The position numbers and the translations under genes were made by a program. This document shows, one piece after another, positions 35,835 to 47,223 of a stretch of DNA of 64,000 nucleotides. Below the pieces are notes generated by a model. That model worked only from the letters and a program-made list of their open reading frames with translations, was not told the DNA's origin and did no database searches. The first letter of the stretch is position 1. Every line of letters begins with the position of its first letter. The stretch comes from Balanoglossus misakiensis (lineage: Eukaryota; Animalia; Hemichordata): positions 14,453,903 through 14,517,902 of the forward strand of contig CM082577.2 of the NCBI GenBank assembly GCA_040954595.2. Direction: 5' to 3'.

Positions 35835-36739
35835 GCTTTACTCCTGCGAACGAACCAAACCCACATTAACGTGTTAAAGTGAAATGCAAATGGCAGAAAA
35901 CAACATTCGCGAGCGAAATAATAACGAAAAAATACCACGATGTACCGGCTTTTGCACAGGCCCGATTTTCGCCCGATTTTCTAAACGTATATGACACAGA
36001 AGGGATTATTTTTTATTAAATTGTTGTTTGGACCAACTCCTCAATGTTTTTATTTGTTGTAATGTCACTATACATTCGTGTAATGTGAATAAATGTTCCT
36101 TTTCAAACCATAACCGTTCATGTCCCGTCGCAGTGAATGAATGAATGAACGAACGAATGATGAATGACGGAAGGAATTAATGAATGAAGGACAGAATTAA
36201 TGAATGAATTTGAAGGCTGCACCAGCAAACTGGACATAGGAGATGGCGCGTGTCATCCTTTAAACTGAGAGAGCCTGTTAGTCGTAATCAGGGAGTGTGA
36301 TAAGTATAAGTATAAGTGGCCGTTAGAGGGCGCGTATTCGAACAACCATGTCATGTCGCTGCAATGAATTTGAAGGCTGCACCAGCAAACTGGACATAGG
36401 GAAGTACGCTTTATCGTTCACAAGTGTATAATTGTACATGTGAATGTCAGCGGGCACTTTGTCTACAAGGCATATCGTGTGTAAGTACTCGTTTCATGCA
36501 GGCGCATATTTGGACATTTGACCGTTAAAGGGTGTGATAGTTATAAAAATCATTCGGGTATAAGTACGGTAATACGCGTGTCATGCGTGGGTTTTCGGTC
36601 AGCGGAAAAGGATACGTCATGTTTGTGGACCTACATTTAACAAACATACAGACAAGAACGTGTTTTTTCCAACATATGTCTTTATTACCAGAGAATGAGC
36701 GAGACACAACGGGATTTCTCGACATTTATAACGCCTTAA

Positions 36740-36903
36740 AGGGACAAAGTCTCTCTCTCGCTGCCCTTTTTTCCATTAATTATGTTTGATACAAGACACT
36801 GGTTATGTTAATGTAAATGTGGATATATAGTGAATGAACGTTCAACCACACACAACTTCCATCCCTCTTATAGTCAGGAGAGTGAAAAAAACTCGCCAAA
36901 ATG
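36740..36903. mobile_element. Truncated left part of the Kolobok-like element, ending at the segmental duplication junction
   Basis: TTAA|AGGGACAAAGTC... identical to 41790 onward for ~95 bp, then a variant arm. It breaks at ...gccaaaatg into sequence equal to 24168 onward. Confidence 0.75.
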
Positions 36904-37023
36904 CCCTCTAGGGTGACGTATGCTGATTCCTAGGCTGTGTTCGTGTTAAGTGTGGGATGACGCATGCGTACGTGATTCACCCTGACGGCCACGATCACGC
37001 CAATTGAGTGACTACATTCTCCT

Positions 37024-38771
37024 TGTCTGCTGACGAGACGCATGCGAACGTGGGTACCCCACGACTGAGATTGACGACCTTGTACTACATGCAAAGTCCG
37101 TGAATGTCTTTGTATGACAGGCATGGTGTCTGCGCGAATGCATTACATACACAGGCTTTCGTAACCCGACGTTGGTGGCGTTCCACATTCTCCTCGCTTT
37201 CCAAAAGGGTAGTAGATACAAGAAAATGCCTTGATGGCATGACATATTATTGTATTTCTATTTTGGATTTAAAGGGCCAATCGGCAATATATACATACTG
37301 AATAAACATATTCATTCATTCATTCATTCGTTCATTCCCCACGATGTAGATTGGATTGTAGGAGACGACCTTGTCAACAAATCCCACGGGGGTTTACTAC
37401 CTACAACGTTCATGCATGCATGTGTCTGCTGACGAGACGCATGCGAACGTGGGTACCCCACGACTGAGATTGACGACCTTGTATAAGTCCGTGAATGTCT
37501 TGTACTATGACAGGCATGGTGTCTGCGCGAATGCATTACATACACAGGCTTTCGTAACCCGACGTTGGTGGCGTTCCACATTCTCCTCGCTTTCCAAAAG
37601 GGTAGTAGGTACAAGAAAATGCCTTGATGGCATGACATATTATTGTATTTCTATTTTGGATTTAAAGGGCCAATCGGCAATATATACATACTGAATAAAC
37701 ATATTCATTCATTCATTCATTCATTCGTTCATTCCCCACGATGTAGATTGGATTGTAGGAGACGACCTTGTCAACAAATCCCACGGGGGTTTACTACCTA
37801 CAACGTTCATGCATGCATGTGTCTGCTGACGAGACGCATGCGAACGTGGGTACCCCACGACTGAGATTGACGACCTTGTACTACATGCAAAGTCCGTGAA
37901 TGTCTTTGTATGACAGGCATGGTGTCTGCGCGAATGCATTACATACACAGGCTTTCGTAACCCGACGTTGGTGGCGTTCCACATTCTCCTCGCTTTCCAA
38001 AAGGGTAGTAGGTACAAGAAAATGCCTTGATGGCATGACATATTATTGTATTTCTATTTTGGATTTAAAGGGCCAATCGGCAATATATACATACTGAATA
38101 AACATATTCATTCATTCATTCATTCATTCGTTCATTCCCCACGATGTAGATTGGATTGTAGGAGACGACCTTGTCCACAAATCCCACGGGGGTTTACTAC
38201 CTACAACGTTCATGCATGCATGTGTCTGCTGACGAGACGCATGCGAACGTGGGTACCCCACGACTGAGATTGACGACCTTGTATAATTCCGTGAATGTCT
38301 TGTACTATGATAGGCATGGTGTCTGCGCGAATGCATTACATACACAGGCTTTCGTAACCCGACGTTGGTGGCGTTCCACATTCTCCTCGCTTTCCAAAAG
38401 GGTAGTAGATACAAGAAAATGCCTTGATGGCATGACATATTATTGTATTTCTATTTTGGATTTAAAGGGCCAATCGGCAATATATACATACTGAATAAAC
38501 ATATTCATTCATTCATTCATTCATTCGTTCATTCCCCACGATGTAGATTGGATTGTAGGAAACGACCTTGTCAACAAATCCCACGGGGGTTTACTACCTA
38601 CAACGTTCATGCATGCATGTGTCTGCTGACGAGACGCATGCGAACGTGGGTACCCCACGACTGAGATTGACGACCTTGTATAAGTCCGTGAATGTCTTGT
38701 ACTATGATAGGCATGGTGTCTGCGCGAATGCATTACATACACAGGCTTTCGTAACCCGACGTTGGTGGCGT
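37024..38771. repeat. Second, shorter array of the ~403-bp unit (~4.4 copies)
   Basis: Unit markers at 37250, 37643, 38046 and 38443. Confidence 0.95.
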
Positions 38772-38783
38772 CAACATTTTTGT

Positions 38784-40883
38784 ATGTATGGCAATAACCA
38801 TCCGCCAGCCCATTCAAACCATTTAAACTGTATAACCATGACACATCGTCCGGTCGTGATCTGCACACATGGCACTCAAGAGTTATACTCGGTCGGGTTT
38901 GATGAACTCGACCAAAAATTACCCTTCCTCGGTGGCTATGTCAGGTATAACGACGCTGATCGGACCAATAGACGTGGAGGTAATGACAATTACATTTTGG
39001 ATCTTCATACGCTAGATTTAAATATCCCGGTGGAAATATGGAAACTGTTATTCTTTTACGTGCAACACGAACACATCCCACAAGACGGATGGGTGAACGT
39101 TACCAATATATTGGAAATCACTCGTGTAGCGGACATGCTGTTAGTGCCTGGATTCATGCAAGAACTAACGAAAGTTATTTTGATGTCTAATGACCGCGAT
39201 TCTCGCATAGATTGCTTTGCCTGTGATACGCCTGTGCACGTGAAAGCTGGACTAGAGTATTTCAAGTTCCTCGTGGAAAATTTCGGCGACAGTACACCTG
39301 TATATTCGGATTTGACAGACGCAGTTGCGTGCACTCTGGCAGCAAAGACCATTTGGATATGGCATCATCACGTGGGCGACATTTGGGAGAAAGAACACGT
39401 GAACCGATTTGCTAAGCGACGCAAGAGTTATTTTGATATAGAACGTCATGTTTTCTATACAGTGTTGGCCTGGTTGCGAATTCGCCAAACGGACCTGTCT
39501 TCGAGACTGGACCTTCTTATCGGATTGCCTAACACAACCGCCGTATTAGAAACCGAAATTATTACGAAGATTATGGAAGAAATTTTCAGTAATCGTGCCC
39601 AAGGTCAGGAGTGGTGGTCTAGAAGAAAGAAGACGCCGCTTCCCGTTCATCTTCACGACACTTCATTCAGGCAAGAGATAACAAACATGAGAAGAGAAAA
39701 TCCAGCTGATATGACATATGTAAAAACTTCCACGTTACAATTGTCGTGCAACGAACTTACAATCTTAAACGATTTTACAGGCAACTTTCGTAAGTTTACT
39801 ATAGTAAATGAACCCGAACAAGATGGACGCGACACAGTTGAATACCTGCAGTACCTTTACGATCTTCTGGTTTCTGACGACGACCGGTTTTTGTATTCAT
39901 TTGACACGCGCAAGGGCAGAATTATATTTCGAGCAATCGACATAGGTGGAATCTCCGACCGCGATACGGCTGGTACGTCAGAAGGTGTCCCGAGAATTGG
40001 GTGGGACTTGGTCGTGGGTTGCTCTAAGCCATTCCAGCCCCAGCTTGGGGGTGAGGGGATCGTTCAAGCAGTAAAAGTCGCGAACACGTTTTTTGTTAAT
40101 TTTGGGATGACGCAATTGTACGTGTTTCACAATGATGGATATTGGTTGGTATACGACGACCCTGGTCAAGTATCCCACGTTGAAAAAATGCCGTACCTGA
40201 CGCTGAAAAGCGCCCCCGGGAATACGACACGCGCGGTCAGTTATTGCGTCCGCAGAGAAGGTGAAAACAGTTTGATAATATACGCAATCGCTCGGAATAA
40301 AGAAATGTTCAGGATGCGGGTTGCGAAGGATCTGTTTCAACAAAAACTCCAAACAAGCCTAGTAACCGGAGATGACTCTGCAGAGGTATACCTTCCAATG
40401 ACATATCCCGACCTGGGGTTCTGTACCAAAGAATTACCAAGTATATTCGATGTCCCCCATGTCGGGCTTGTTGTGGTGGGTGGGTTTTCATTAACTCACG
40501 ACCAAGATTGGGATATGCTCGACTACCCACCCCCTTGCGTTAAATTGGAATGTCACATTTTACATTCTGAGAACGAAACTACCGCCGAGGTTAGTTGCAA
40601 ATGGGTGAAAAAAGTGTATGTGAGTAGGCCTACGTCCGACGCCAGCCTACCGACTTGCGTACCAATATTGTGTTATGGTCCCGACAGATCGTTAAAGGGG
40701 TACGCCAGCCGTGGACAAATCACCTTATTTTCTGGAGACCGTAAATGTGCATTTACAAGGCGTGTGTTCAACTGTTATGTCATAATATTGGATTTGGTCA
40801 ACGACACATTAACGCTGCAAAGACGAACCGGATTGCAAGAATACCTGCCCGACACGGATGCACTGATACACGGCCAATGTTAG
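38784..40883 (+). CDS. BTB/POZ-BACK kelch-like protein, copy 2
   Basis: Protein identical to 33735..35834. Here the frame stays open upstream into the last repeat unit (c allele removes a TGA). Confidence 0.75.
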   Translation: MYGNNHPPAHSNHLNCITMTHRPVVICTHGTQELYSVGFDELDQKLPFLGGYVRYNDADRTNRRGGNDNYILDLHTLDLNIPVEIWKLLFFYVQHEHIPQDGWVNVTNILEITRVADMLLVPGFMQELTKVILMSNDRDSRIDCFACDTPVHVKAGLEYFKFLVENFGDSTPVYSDLTDAVACTLAAKTIWIWHHHVGDIWEKEHVNRFAKRRKSYFDIERHVFYTVLAWLRIRQTDLSSRLDLLIGLPNTTAVLETEIITKIMEEIFSNRAQGQEWWSRRKKTPLPVHLHDTSFRQEITNMRRENPADMTYVKTSTLQLSCNELTILNDFTGNFRKFTIVNEPEQDGRDTVEYLQYLYDLLVSDDDRFLYSFDTRKGRIIFRAIDIGGISDRDTAGTSEGVPRIGWDLVVGCSKPFQPQLGGEGIVQAVKVANTFFVNFGMTQLYVFHNDGYWLVYDDPGQVSHVEKMPYLTLKSAPGNTTRAVSYCVRREGENSLIIYAIARNKEMFRMRVAKDLFQQKLQTSLVTGDDSAEVYLPMTYPDLGFCTKELPSIFDVPHVGLVVVGGFSLTHDQDWDMLDYPPPCVKLECHILHSENETTAEVSCKWVKKVYVSRPTSDASLPTCVPILCYGPDRSLKGYASRGQITLFSGDRKCAFTRRVFNCYVIILDLVNDTLTLQRRTGLQEYLPDTDALIHGQC

Positions 40884-41789
40884 GCTTTACTCCTGCGAAC
40901 GAACCAAACCCACATTAACGTGTTAAAGTGAAATGCAAATGGCAGAAAACAACATTCGCGAGCGAAATAATAACGAAAAAAATACCACGATGTACCGGCT
41001 TTTGCACAGGCCCGATTTTCGCCCGATTTTCTAAACGTATATGACACAGAAGGGATTATTTTTTATTAAATTGTTGTTTGGACCAACTCCTCAATGTTTT
41101 TATTTGTTGTAATGTCACTATACATTCGTGTAATGTGAATAAATGTTCCTTTTCAAACCATAACCGTTCATGTCCCGTCGCAGTGAATGAATGAATGAAC
41201 GAACGAATGATGAATGACGGAAGGAATTAATGAATGAAGGACAGAATTAATGAATGAATTTGAAGGCTGCGCCAGCAAACTGGACATAGGAGATGGCGCG
41301 TGTCATCCTTTAAACTGAGAGAGCCTGTTAGTCGTAATCAGGGAGTGTGATAAGTATAAGTATAAGTGGCCGTTAGAGGGCGCGTATTCGAACAACCATG
41401 TCATGTCGCTGCAATGAATTTGAAGGCTGCACCAGCAAACTGGACATAGGGAAGTACGCTTTATCGTTCACAAGTGTATAATTGTACATGTGAATGTCAG
41501 CGGGCACTTTGTCTACAAGGCATATCGTGTGTAAGTACTCGTTTCATGCAGGCGCATATTTGGACATTTGACCGTTAAAGGGTGTGATAGTTATAAAAAT
41601 CATTCGGGTATAAGTACGGTAATACGCGTGTCATGCGTGGGTTTTCGGTCAGCGGAAAAGGATACGTCATGTTTGTGGACCTACATTTAACAAACATACA
41701 GACAAGAACGTGTTTTTTCCAACATATGTCTTTATTACCAGAGAATGAGCGAGACACAACGGGATTTCTCGACATTTATAACGCCTTAA

Positions 41790-42241
41790 AGGGACAAAGT
41801 CTCTCTCTCGCTGCCCTTTTTTCCATTAATTATGTTTGATACAAGACACTGGTTATGTTAATGTAAATGTGGATATATAGTGAATCAATGATCAACCACA
41901 CAAAACTTCCATCCCACTTGTATGATATGAGAGTAAAAACTCACCCAAAATGAATAAATGGTAAAGAACGATTATTCATTTTGGCGAGTTTTTTTCACTC
42001 TCCTGACTATAAGAGGGATGGAAGTTGTGTGAGTGAAAAAAACTCGCCAAAATGAATAATCGTTCTTTACCATTTATTCATTTTGGGTGAGTTTTTACTC
42101 TCATATCATACAAGTGGGATGGAAGTTTTGTGTGGTTGATCATTGATTCACTATATATCCACATTTACATTAACATAACCAGTGTCTTGTATCAAATATA
42201 ATTAATTGAAAAAAGGGCAGCGAGAGAGAGACTGTGTCCCT
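41790..42241. mobile_element. Foldback MITE, Kolobok-like (TTAA TSD, AG...CT termini)
   Basis: TTAA|AGGGACA...TGTCCCT|TTAA, with ~210-bp near-perfect inverted arms around a 30-bp spacer (42001-42030). Confidence 0.8.
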
Positions 42242-42280
42242 TTAATATCTCCATCCATTGCGGAATTTTTATACCAACCG

Positions 42281-43930
42281 TTATACCGGTTTTACAAAAT
42301 TTTTCTTTTCACCCGATTCAAATGGTTCTAGAAAATAACCTGTCGACATATACCCATATTTTTTGGACAAGAGGGGATCTTGATGTATCAATACATGTAC
42401 ATTTGTGTCGGCGTGACCCATATATTCAATAAGGAAAAAATTGCGACGCAAATTATATTCGAGTTTCCGTAAGAAGGTTGTATTACGTGCCCATTTTGTG
42501 ACAGGAGATGGTGTTTTGGCATTGGGTCTAGAACCTGATTTAAACTTGCCAACCAGACTAACAAATTGTCCCAGTTGGTTCGGTTTAAACTCGAAAAAGT
42601 ATAACGTGCCTCCCATACGAAAGCAAAAACAAGTGTTACTTCGGTTCATTTCATCTATGCGACACCGTCTTTCTCTTTCGTTGGCGTATGTGCACTGTGA
42701 CATTTCTATCATAGGGAAAGGATCTTCGAAGGCACATGCACATTCTTGTAAGGCCCGACATTTTGTTTCAAACATGCGATACAAATATTCTTGTACAGCC
42801 GACGTAAATTCCGGGATGGGTTGGTGATAGTCCGATCCTGACAATGTCAATATCATCAACATGTCGAGACATAGCGACGGGTGGATAAAATGTGTGTGGT
42901 GTAGGGCTGAAAAGGCAACGCAGGCACCCTTGTTGGTTAAGTCAAGTTTGAAATCGAACGTCGGCCGTTGACTTATGAGCGTAACGTCTCCGCCACTTGA
43001 GATTAGACCCACATAAGCGTCTGTGTCGACTGACACTTGAATAATCTTCCGCGACGGAATACTACTAACTACGGAGAGCATAATATCTGCTTCTTCCGGT
43101 ACGTGTGAAATTTGAGATAAGGCCGTCTCTAGTTCTTCCCACGAGCCTTCTCCACAAAGTTTTGACCACCAGTTGTTTGTCTGATACCTCTCGGCCGCAT
43201 TGAACCCCTTTCTATTGCATAATATGTATACGCGAAATGGCAATTGCAAATATGAGTTACGCAGTCTATCTGATAGCAGTTGCAGAAGACGAAGTCGAAA
43301 CTCAGGCAACCGTAGCAGTCTTTGTAAACTACCTCTGAACGGAAACTTGACATCTCTGGGCGTCAACTTGTTCTTTGCCATACTTACAATTTTTTTTCTA
43401 TCAGATTCGTTCGAGACGGTAGACATTTCTTTGTCTAACGCAGCCAACCACCTGTTAACATCTGTTTGTTGTGCACGCTTTTCAGCTGTCGTTTTTTTGG
43501 CGAACGGTGAGCTTCCATCAAAACACAAAACTAAATCTTGCAGGCGCATATCGCTCGCGGAATCTGCATGTTTTTCTTGCGACTGCCTTACAGTATAGGC
43601 AAAGTCAATAGTGTCCCGTAAAAAGGCTTGAACGACGTAGTCTTCCCTTTGGAGGGCCCAGACTTTGTTTTGTATATGAGAGTGTCCGTTCTCATCTCTA
43701 ATTTCTTTAAGATCACCAATGATGCTCGCATCAGTGAAACAATCGCGGTAACTTTTATACTTTTCCGTAATGAAGGTGCCACTCCTGCTCAGTGGTGTGG
43801 GAATTCTGTAGAAAGTTTGCGTGCCATCCATAACGAGAACATCCCTATTTAATATAGCTTGGACTGTATCAATGTACCCAAATGATTCTTTGTTGCATAG
43901 TTTACGCAGGAATACACTGGCGATCCCCAT
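42281..43930 (-). CDS. FEN1/XPG-family (PIN-fold) 5' nuclease, similar in type to herpes vhs/UL41 and poxvirus G5
   Basis: MGI start, VMDGT, LCFDGSSPFAKK..EKR, EEADIML, SVDTDAY and LSGSDY: the expected acidic catalytic motifs are present. Confidence 0.85.
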   Translation of the reverse strand: MGIASVFLRKLCNKESFGYIDTVQAILNRDVLVMDGTQTFYRIPTPLSRSGTFITEKYKSYRDCFTDASIIGDLKEIRDENGHSHIQNKVWALQREDYVVQAFLRDTIDFAYTVRQSQEKHADSASDMRLQDLVLCFDGSSPFAKKTTAEKRAQQTDVNRWLAALDKEMSTVSNESDRKKIVSMAKNKLTPRDVKFPFRGSLQRLLRLPEFRLRLLQLLSDRLRNSYLQLPFRVYILCNRKGFNAAERYQTNNWWSKLCGEGSWEELETALSQISHVPEEADIMLSVVSSIPSRKIIQVSVDTDAYVGLISSGGDVTLISQRPTFDFKLDLTNKGACVAFSALHHTHFIHPSLCLDMLMILTLSGSDYHQPIPEFTSAVQEYLYRMFETKCRALQECACAFEDPFPMIEMSQCTYANERERRCRIDEMNRSNTCFCFRMGGTLYFFEFKPNQLGQFVSLVGKFKSGSRPNAKTPSPVTKWARNTTFLRKLEYNLRRNFFLIEYMGHADTNVHVLIHQDPLLSKKYGYMSTGYFLEPFESGEKKNFVKPV

Positions 43931-44240
43931 CTTCTCCACAGATAAATGGTGCAAAATATATGTACGGAGTTACCTTTATATAATGTTCACTGACCAGTAT
44001 AACCTTGTACGACATTTCACGTTGGTATCACCAGGCGTATGTATATGCAAAGATTCCTTCTTTAATACGCGTTTTCGTTGACGTTGGGATGGTCGGATGA
44101 TAGGTGTCATGGTTGTCTTGGCTCTATTGCTGGAAATATGCTTGGATTCATCCAAGCAAGGGAACTCACCATGCTCGTATGTGTCCATCGTAAGACACTT
44201 GTGGTAATGTGAAACATTCATAGTAACTTTTGCCCATAAT

Positions 44241-44417
44241 ATTATCCCAAATTCTGACGTCACATATTGTACATGCAACGAGCACAGTTAAGGCCGTCAA
44301 CAAAGTCTGTCATGACTGTTTGCCCACAACATTAGCCCAAATTCTGAGGTCACATATTGTACATGCAACGAGCAAAGGTAAGGCCGTCAACAAAGTCTGT
44401 CATGACTGTTTGCCCAC
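44241..44417. repeat. Two 90-bp tandem repeats in an intergenic/divergent promoter region
   Basis: atta(t/g)cccaaattctga(c/g)gtcacatattgtacatgcaacgagca...ctgtttgcccac at 44241 and 44331. Confidence 0.9.
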
Positions 44418-44513
44418 GAGTAAGGCCGTCAAGTAAGCTTGTAAAACCGTGTCGAATTATGGAGTCCTGTATCTCATACTTGTAATCGTTGAACGCACAA
44501 GTAAGGCCATGTC

Positions 44514-45275
44514 GTGAGTTGTTTTATATGCTCGTCGTGTAATCTCGCATATAAAATAGACATTGGACGCCAAAACAGCTCCACTTTTCCATTTAGACGA
44601 TCCACGAAGGTGTTTAGGATGACTACCACCGGTGTATACATTAATGGACACGGCGGGTCTATTCAAATCGGTAATGGCAATTTCATGGTAGTTAACGAAA
44701 CCAAGCGTAAACGAAAGACTTGCATTGTCGTATGCGGCATGTTCAGCGTAGACGAATTGAATGCAGCTTCTTACAGGTGTGGCGCAGACTCTATATTTGT
44801 CGACGTAGGACCTTTGCAGATAGCCGGACACGACGGACTGGACGGACCAGACTTTTGTATATCGCAGTCCAGAATTTTAACAACGGTGGCGGACAAATTA
44901 CGACAGTCTACCTCTCGTGTCGTTTTGACAAACATGTGTCCTGAAATAAGTCGGCACGTCTTCGCCATGCACGAGATCGCAAGAGGCAACACTTCTATGG
45001 GTAGATACAATGATGTAACAGACTCTGCGAGGTTGTCATTTGCATGGGCTTTAAAACGGTTTTCTAGAATTGTGTACCTCGTCATGCCAAATTACGACAA
45101 GCAGAGATTCAGACGGTCTGTACGGACTATGACCCAAACTAAAGAAGAGTTCTATTGCGCACAATACCGACAAGGCCTACTAGACCAGTTACCACGAGAA
45201 CCGGGTGTAGAAGTAGTCACCGAACAAGATACAGATGTAGCACAGATAGCCCACAGAATCGTGTCTGATTCCTAA
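44514..45275 (+). CDS. Hypothetical alpha/beta protein (start uncertain)
   Basis: 253-codon ORF followed by AATAAA at ~45338. Alternating hydrophobic strands and helices, no intact P-loop. Confidence 0.55.
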   Translation: MSCFICSSCNLAYKIDIGRQNSSTFPFRRSTKVFRMTTTGVYINGHGGSIQIGNGNFMVVNETKRKRKTCIVVCGMFSVDELNAASYRCGADSIFVDVGPLQIAGHDGLDGPDFCISQSRILTTVADKLRQSTSRVVLTNMCPEISRHVFAMHEIARGNTSMGRYNDVTDSARLSFAWALKRFSRIVYLVMPNYDKQRFRRSVRTMTQTKEEFYCAQYRQGLLDQLPREPGVEVVTEQDTDVAQIAHRIVSDS

Positions 45276-46548
45276 AATAATGGTTTTTGTTGTTGGAGAA
45301 GATCGTTTGCGAAATAATTGTAATACACTATTGTTGTAATAAAGTTGGGCGGTAACGTATCCACACTTTGTAGATATTGTGGTATGGCCTGTTGATTTGT
45401 GAATAGTTCGAAGTAAGAGTCAACCTTTTATTTAATTTGTCCATGAGACATTTCAAGGCAGCTGCAGGGGAAAAATTGTTGTTTCTATGAAATTGGTTGC
45501 GACGCAATTAAGTGGCCCGTGGAAAACAAGAGACGACGCAAGTTAAATTGTGCACGGTTAATGTTATACTGTTCCATATTCATCACCATGGTTGGTTTAC
45601 ATTTACCCATGCAAAAATGCTATGCATTCACAACAGAGAACATGATTCAAGACAATCATGGGCTGAACAAATTCGGCATAAATGTATTTTGTTTCAAGCT
45701 TGCGGAGTCATTCTGCTATAAAATGATCTATGCATGCATACTGTAAATATCATGGCACATTCAGTTGATTCAAATCCAAAGTTGAAAACTGACAAGACAT
45801 TAATACTTCCCCACTCAATAATGCAAGTTAGCAGAAATGGTTGACAAGAAAGCTGATTTTATTAGAGCAAAATGAACAAACTCCATAAGTCATTCTACCA
45901 TAAAATGTTCAATACATGCACACCTTAATACGGCCAAGAAATTAAATATTTCATTCATTAATTTTTTTCTCTGGAATTGTCCCCGAGGCACTTCTTCACT
46001 CTAAAACACCAACTTGTTTAATTTCATAATTTGATTAAAGCCTATAAACATATCTCCCAAGATCACACACTGTCAGACAAAGTTGTGAACTTTTTCACAG
46101 TACTGTTGTTAAATTTGCTTGCCTGTTGTTCTGTCGGATGGTCAGTTTTACATTTCAACTCCTATGTTTATGGCCGGATTTGTACACAGATGGGACAGTT
46201 GAGCCAAAGAAACACAAATGTAGCCACAGTACATATTGAAAGACAGCAACTTTGTCCCTGTAATGACTTTCTACTCATGATGTTTACCTCTAGCAAGATG
46301 ATAAGTCAACAGCGTGGCAACGGACACATAAAGACTTTGATGAAGATGAAGACCTGCGCTCATCTTCGTTATCATACGTATTCTGCATCTACGAGAACCG
46401 TGACGATGTAGTCGCGTTTTCCTTTTCACTTGGACAACTTCTGTCTTCAAGGGAATCAATTATATTATCGCTGTTCTATGTGTTGCCCACATCACTCAAT
46501 GCGTGAATCAGGCTATAGTCTATCATATTGTTATTCTCGTGGTTGTTT

Positions 46549-46653
46549 TCATAGGGGGAATGGATAGGCAGTTGATGTAACTGGCGATATGGGGTTTTCT
46601 TCAATTGGGTATCCATACATGGCAAGCACAGTATTGTACGTACTTTCCAAGCC
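46549..46653 (-). CDS. C2H2 zinc-finger gene, last exon
   Basis: Acceptor tattgattttccag|, phase 0, encodes GLESTYNTVLAMYGYP...PFPL*. Confidence 0.6.
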   Translation of the reverse strand, partial: GLESTYNTVLAMYGYPIEENPISPVTSTAYPFPL

Positions 46654-46988
46654 CTGGAAAATCAATAAACAATTTAAATATTATTTCGATAAATAATGAC
46701 GCTGGATCTTGTTTTGTTTAAGTAACGTATGAAGAAGCGATGTACTTGCATCTCGACTTTTTGCTATAAATGAAAAACAAGATGTATCCACTTGGAAGAA
46801 GCTGTCAAGCAATGTGTGATGATTGCATTTTTCCTAACTACCATGGATGCCATAGAGGGCGCTATTAGGGGTCAGCTTCAAAACTACGGGGTTCTTAACA
46901 AAACCCCGACTGTTAACAAGTAGGTATACGTTGATTTGTCCCTCCATGTAGCCCAAGTAAACTGTGTACATGATGATTGTGCCCTTAC

Positions 46989-47083
46989 CTGTGGCAATGC
47001 AGTACTGTCATTGATTATTCCGTTCTTTGTTAAACCATGAATGCCATCGCCGTCTTCATCTAGACGACTTAGTCTGACTCCAT
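46989..47083 (-). CDS. C2H2 zinc-finger gene, internal exon
   Basis: Acceptor ctttctcttcttctaag|, donor CAG|GTAAGG, 95 nt keeps the frame. Confidence 0.65.
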
Positions 47084-47223
47084 CTTAGAAGAAGAGAAAG
47101 ACATTCATTGATTCACCTTGATTGCAATTCTGTCCAGATTTAATAAATGCAGATACAAATCAACTTGTCATTAGCTGTAAGTGCAAATAACAAACAAAAC
47201 ACCAGCTACTGCCGACAACTTAC

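Larger units (their letters stand above)
36903..41885. repeat. Second copy of a tandem segmental duplication (leader + 403-bp array + BTB gene + downstream region)
   Basis: 36903 onward matches 24168 onward. 38772-41885 matches 33723-36835 with only a few differences. Confidence 0.95.

Noticed and set aside
38568-38783. 771-aa version of BTB copy 2 in the ORF track
   Set aside because: Starts at TTG inside a repeat unit, and the same stretch has a stop in copy 1. The shared ATG at 38784 is preferred.
24273-38868. Dozens of repeated 60-115-aa ORFs (MSCHQGIF..., MYFYFGFK..., MSLYDRHG...)
   Set aside because: These are by-products of the 403-bp repeat. They overlap on both strands, often have non-ATG starts, and unit SNPs freely create stops.
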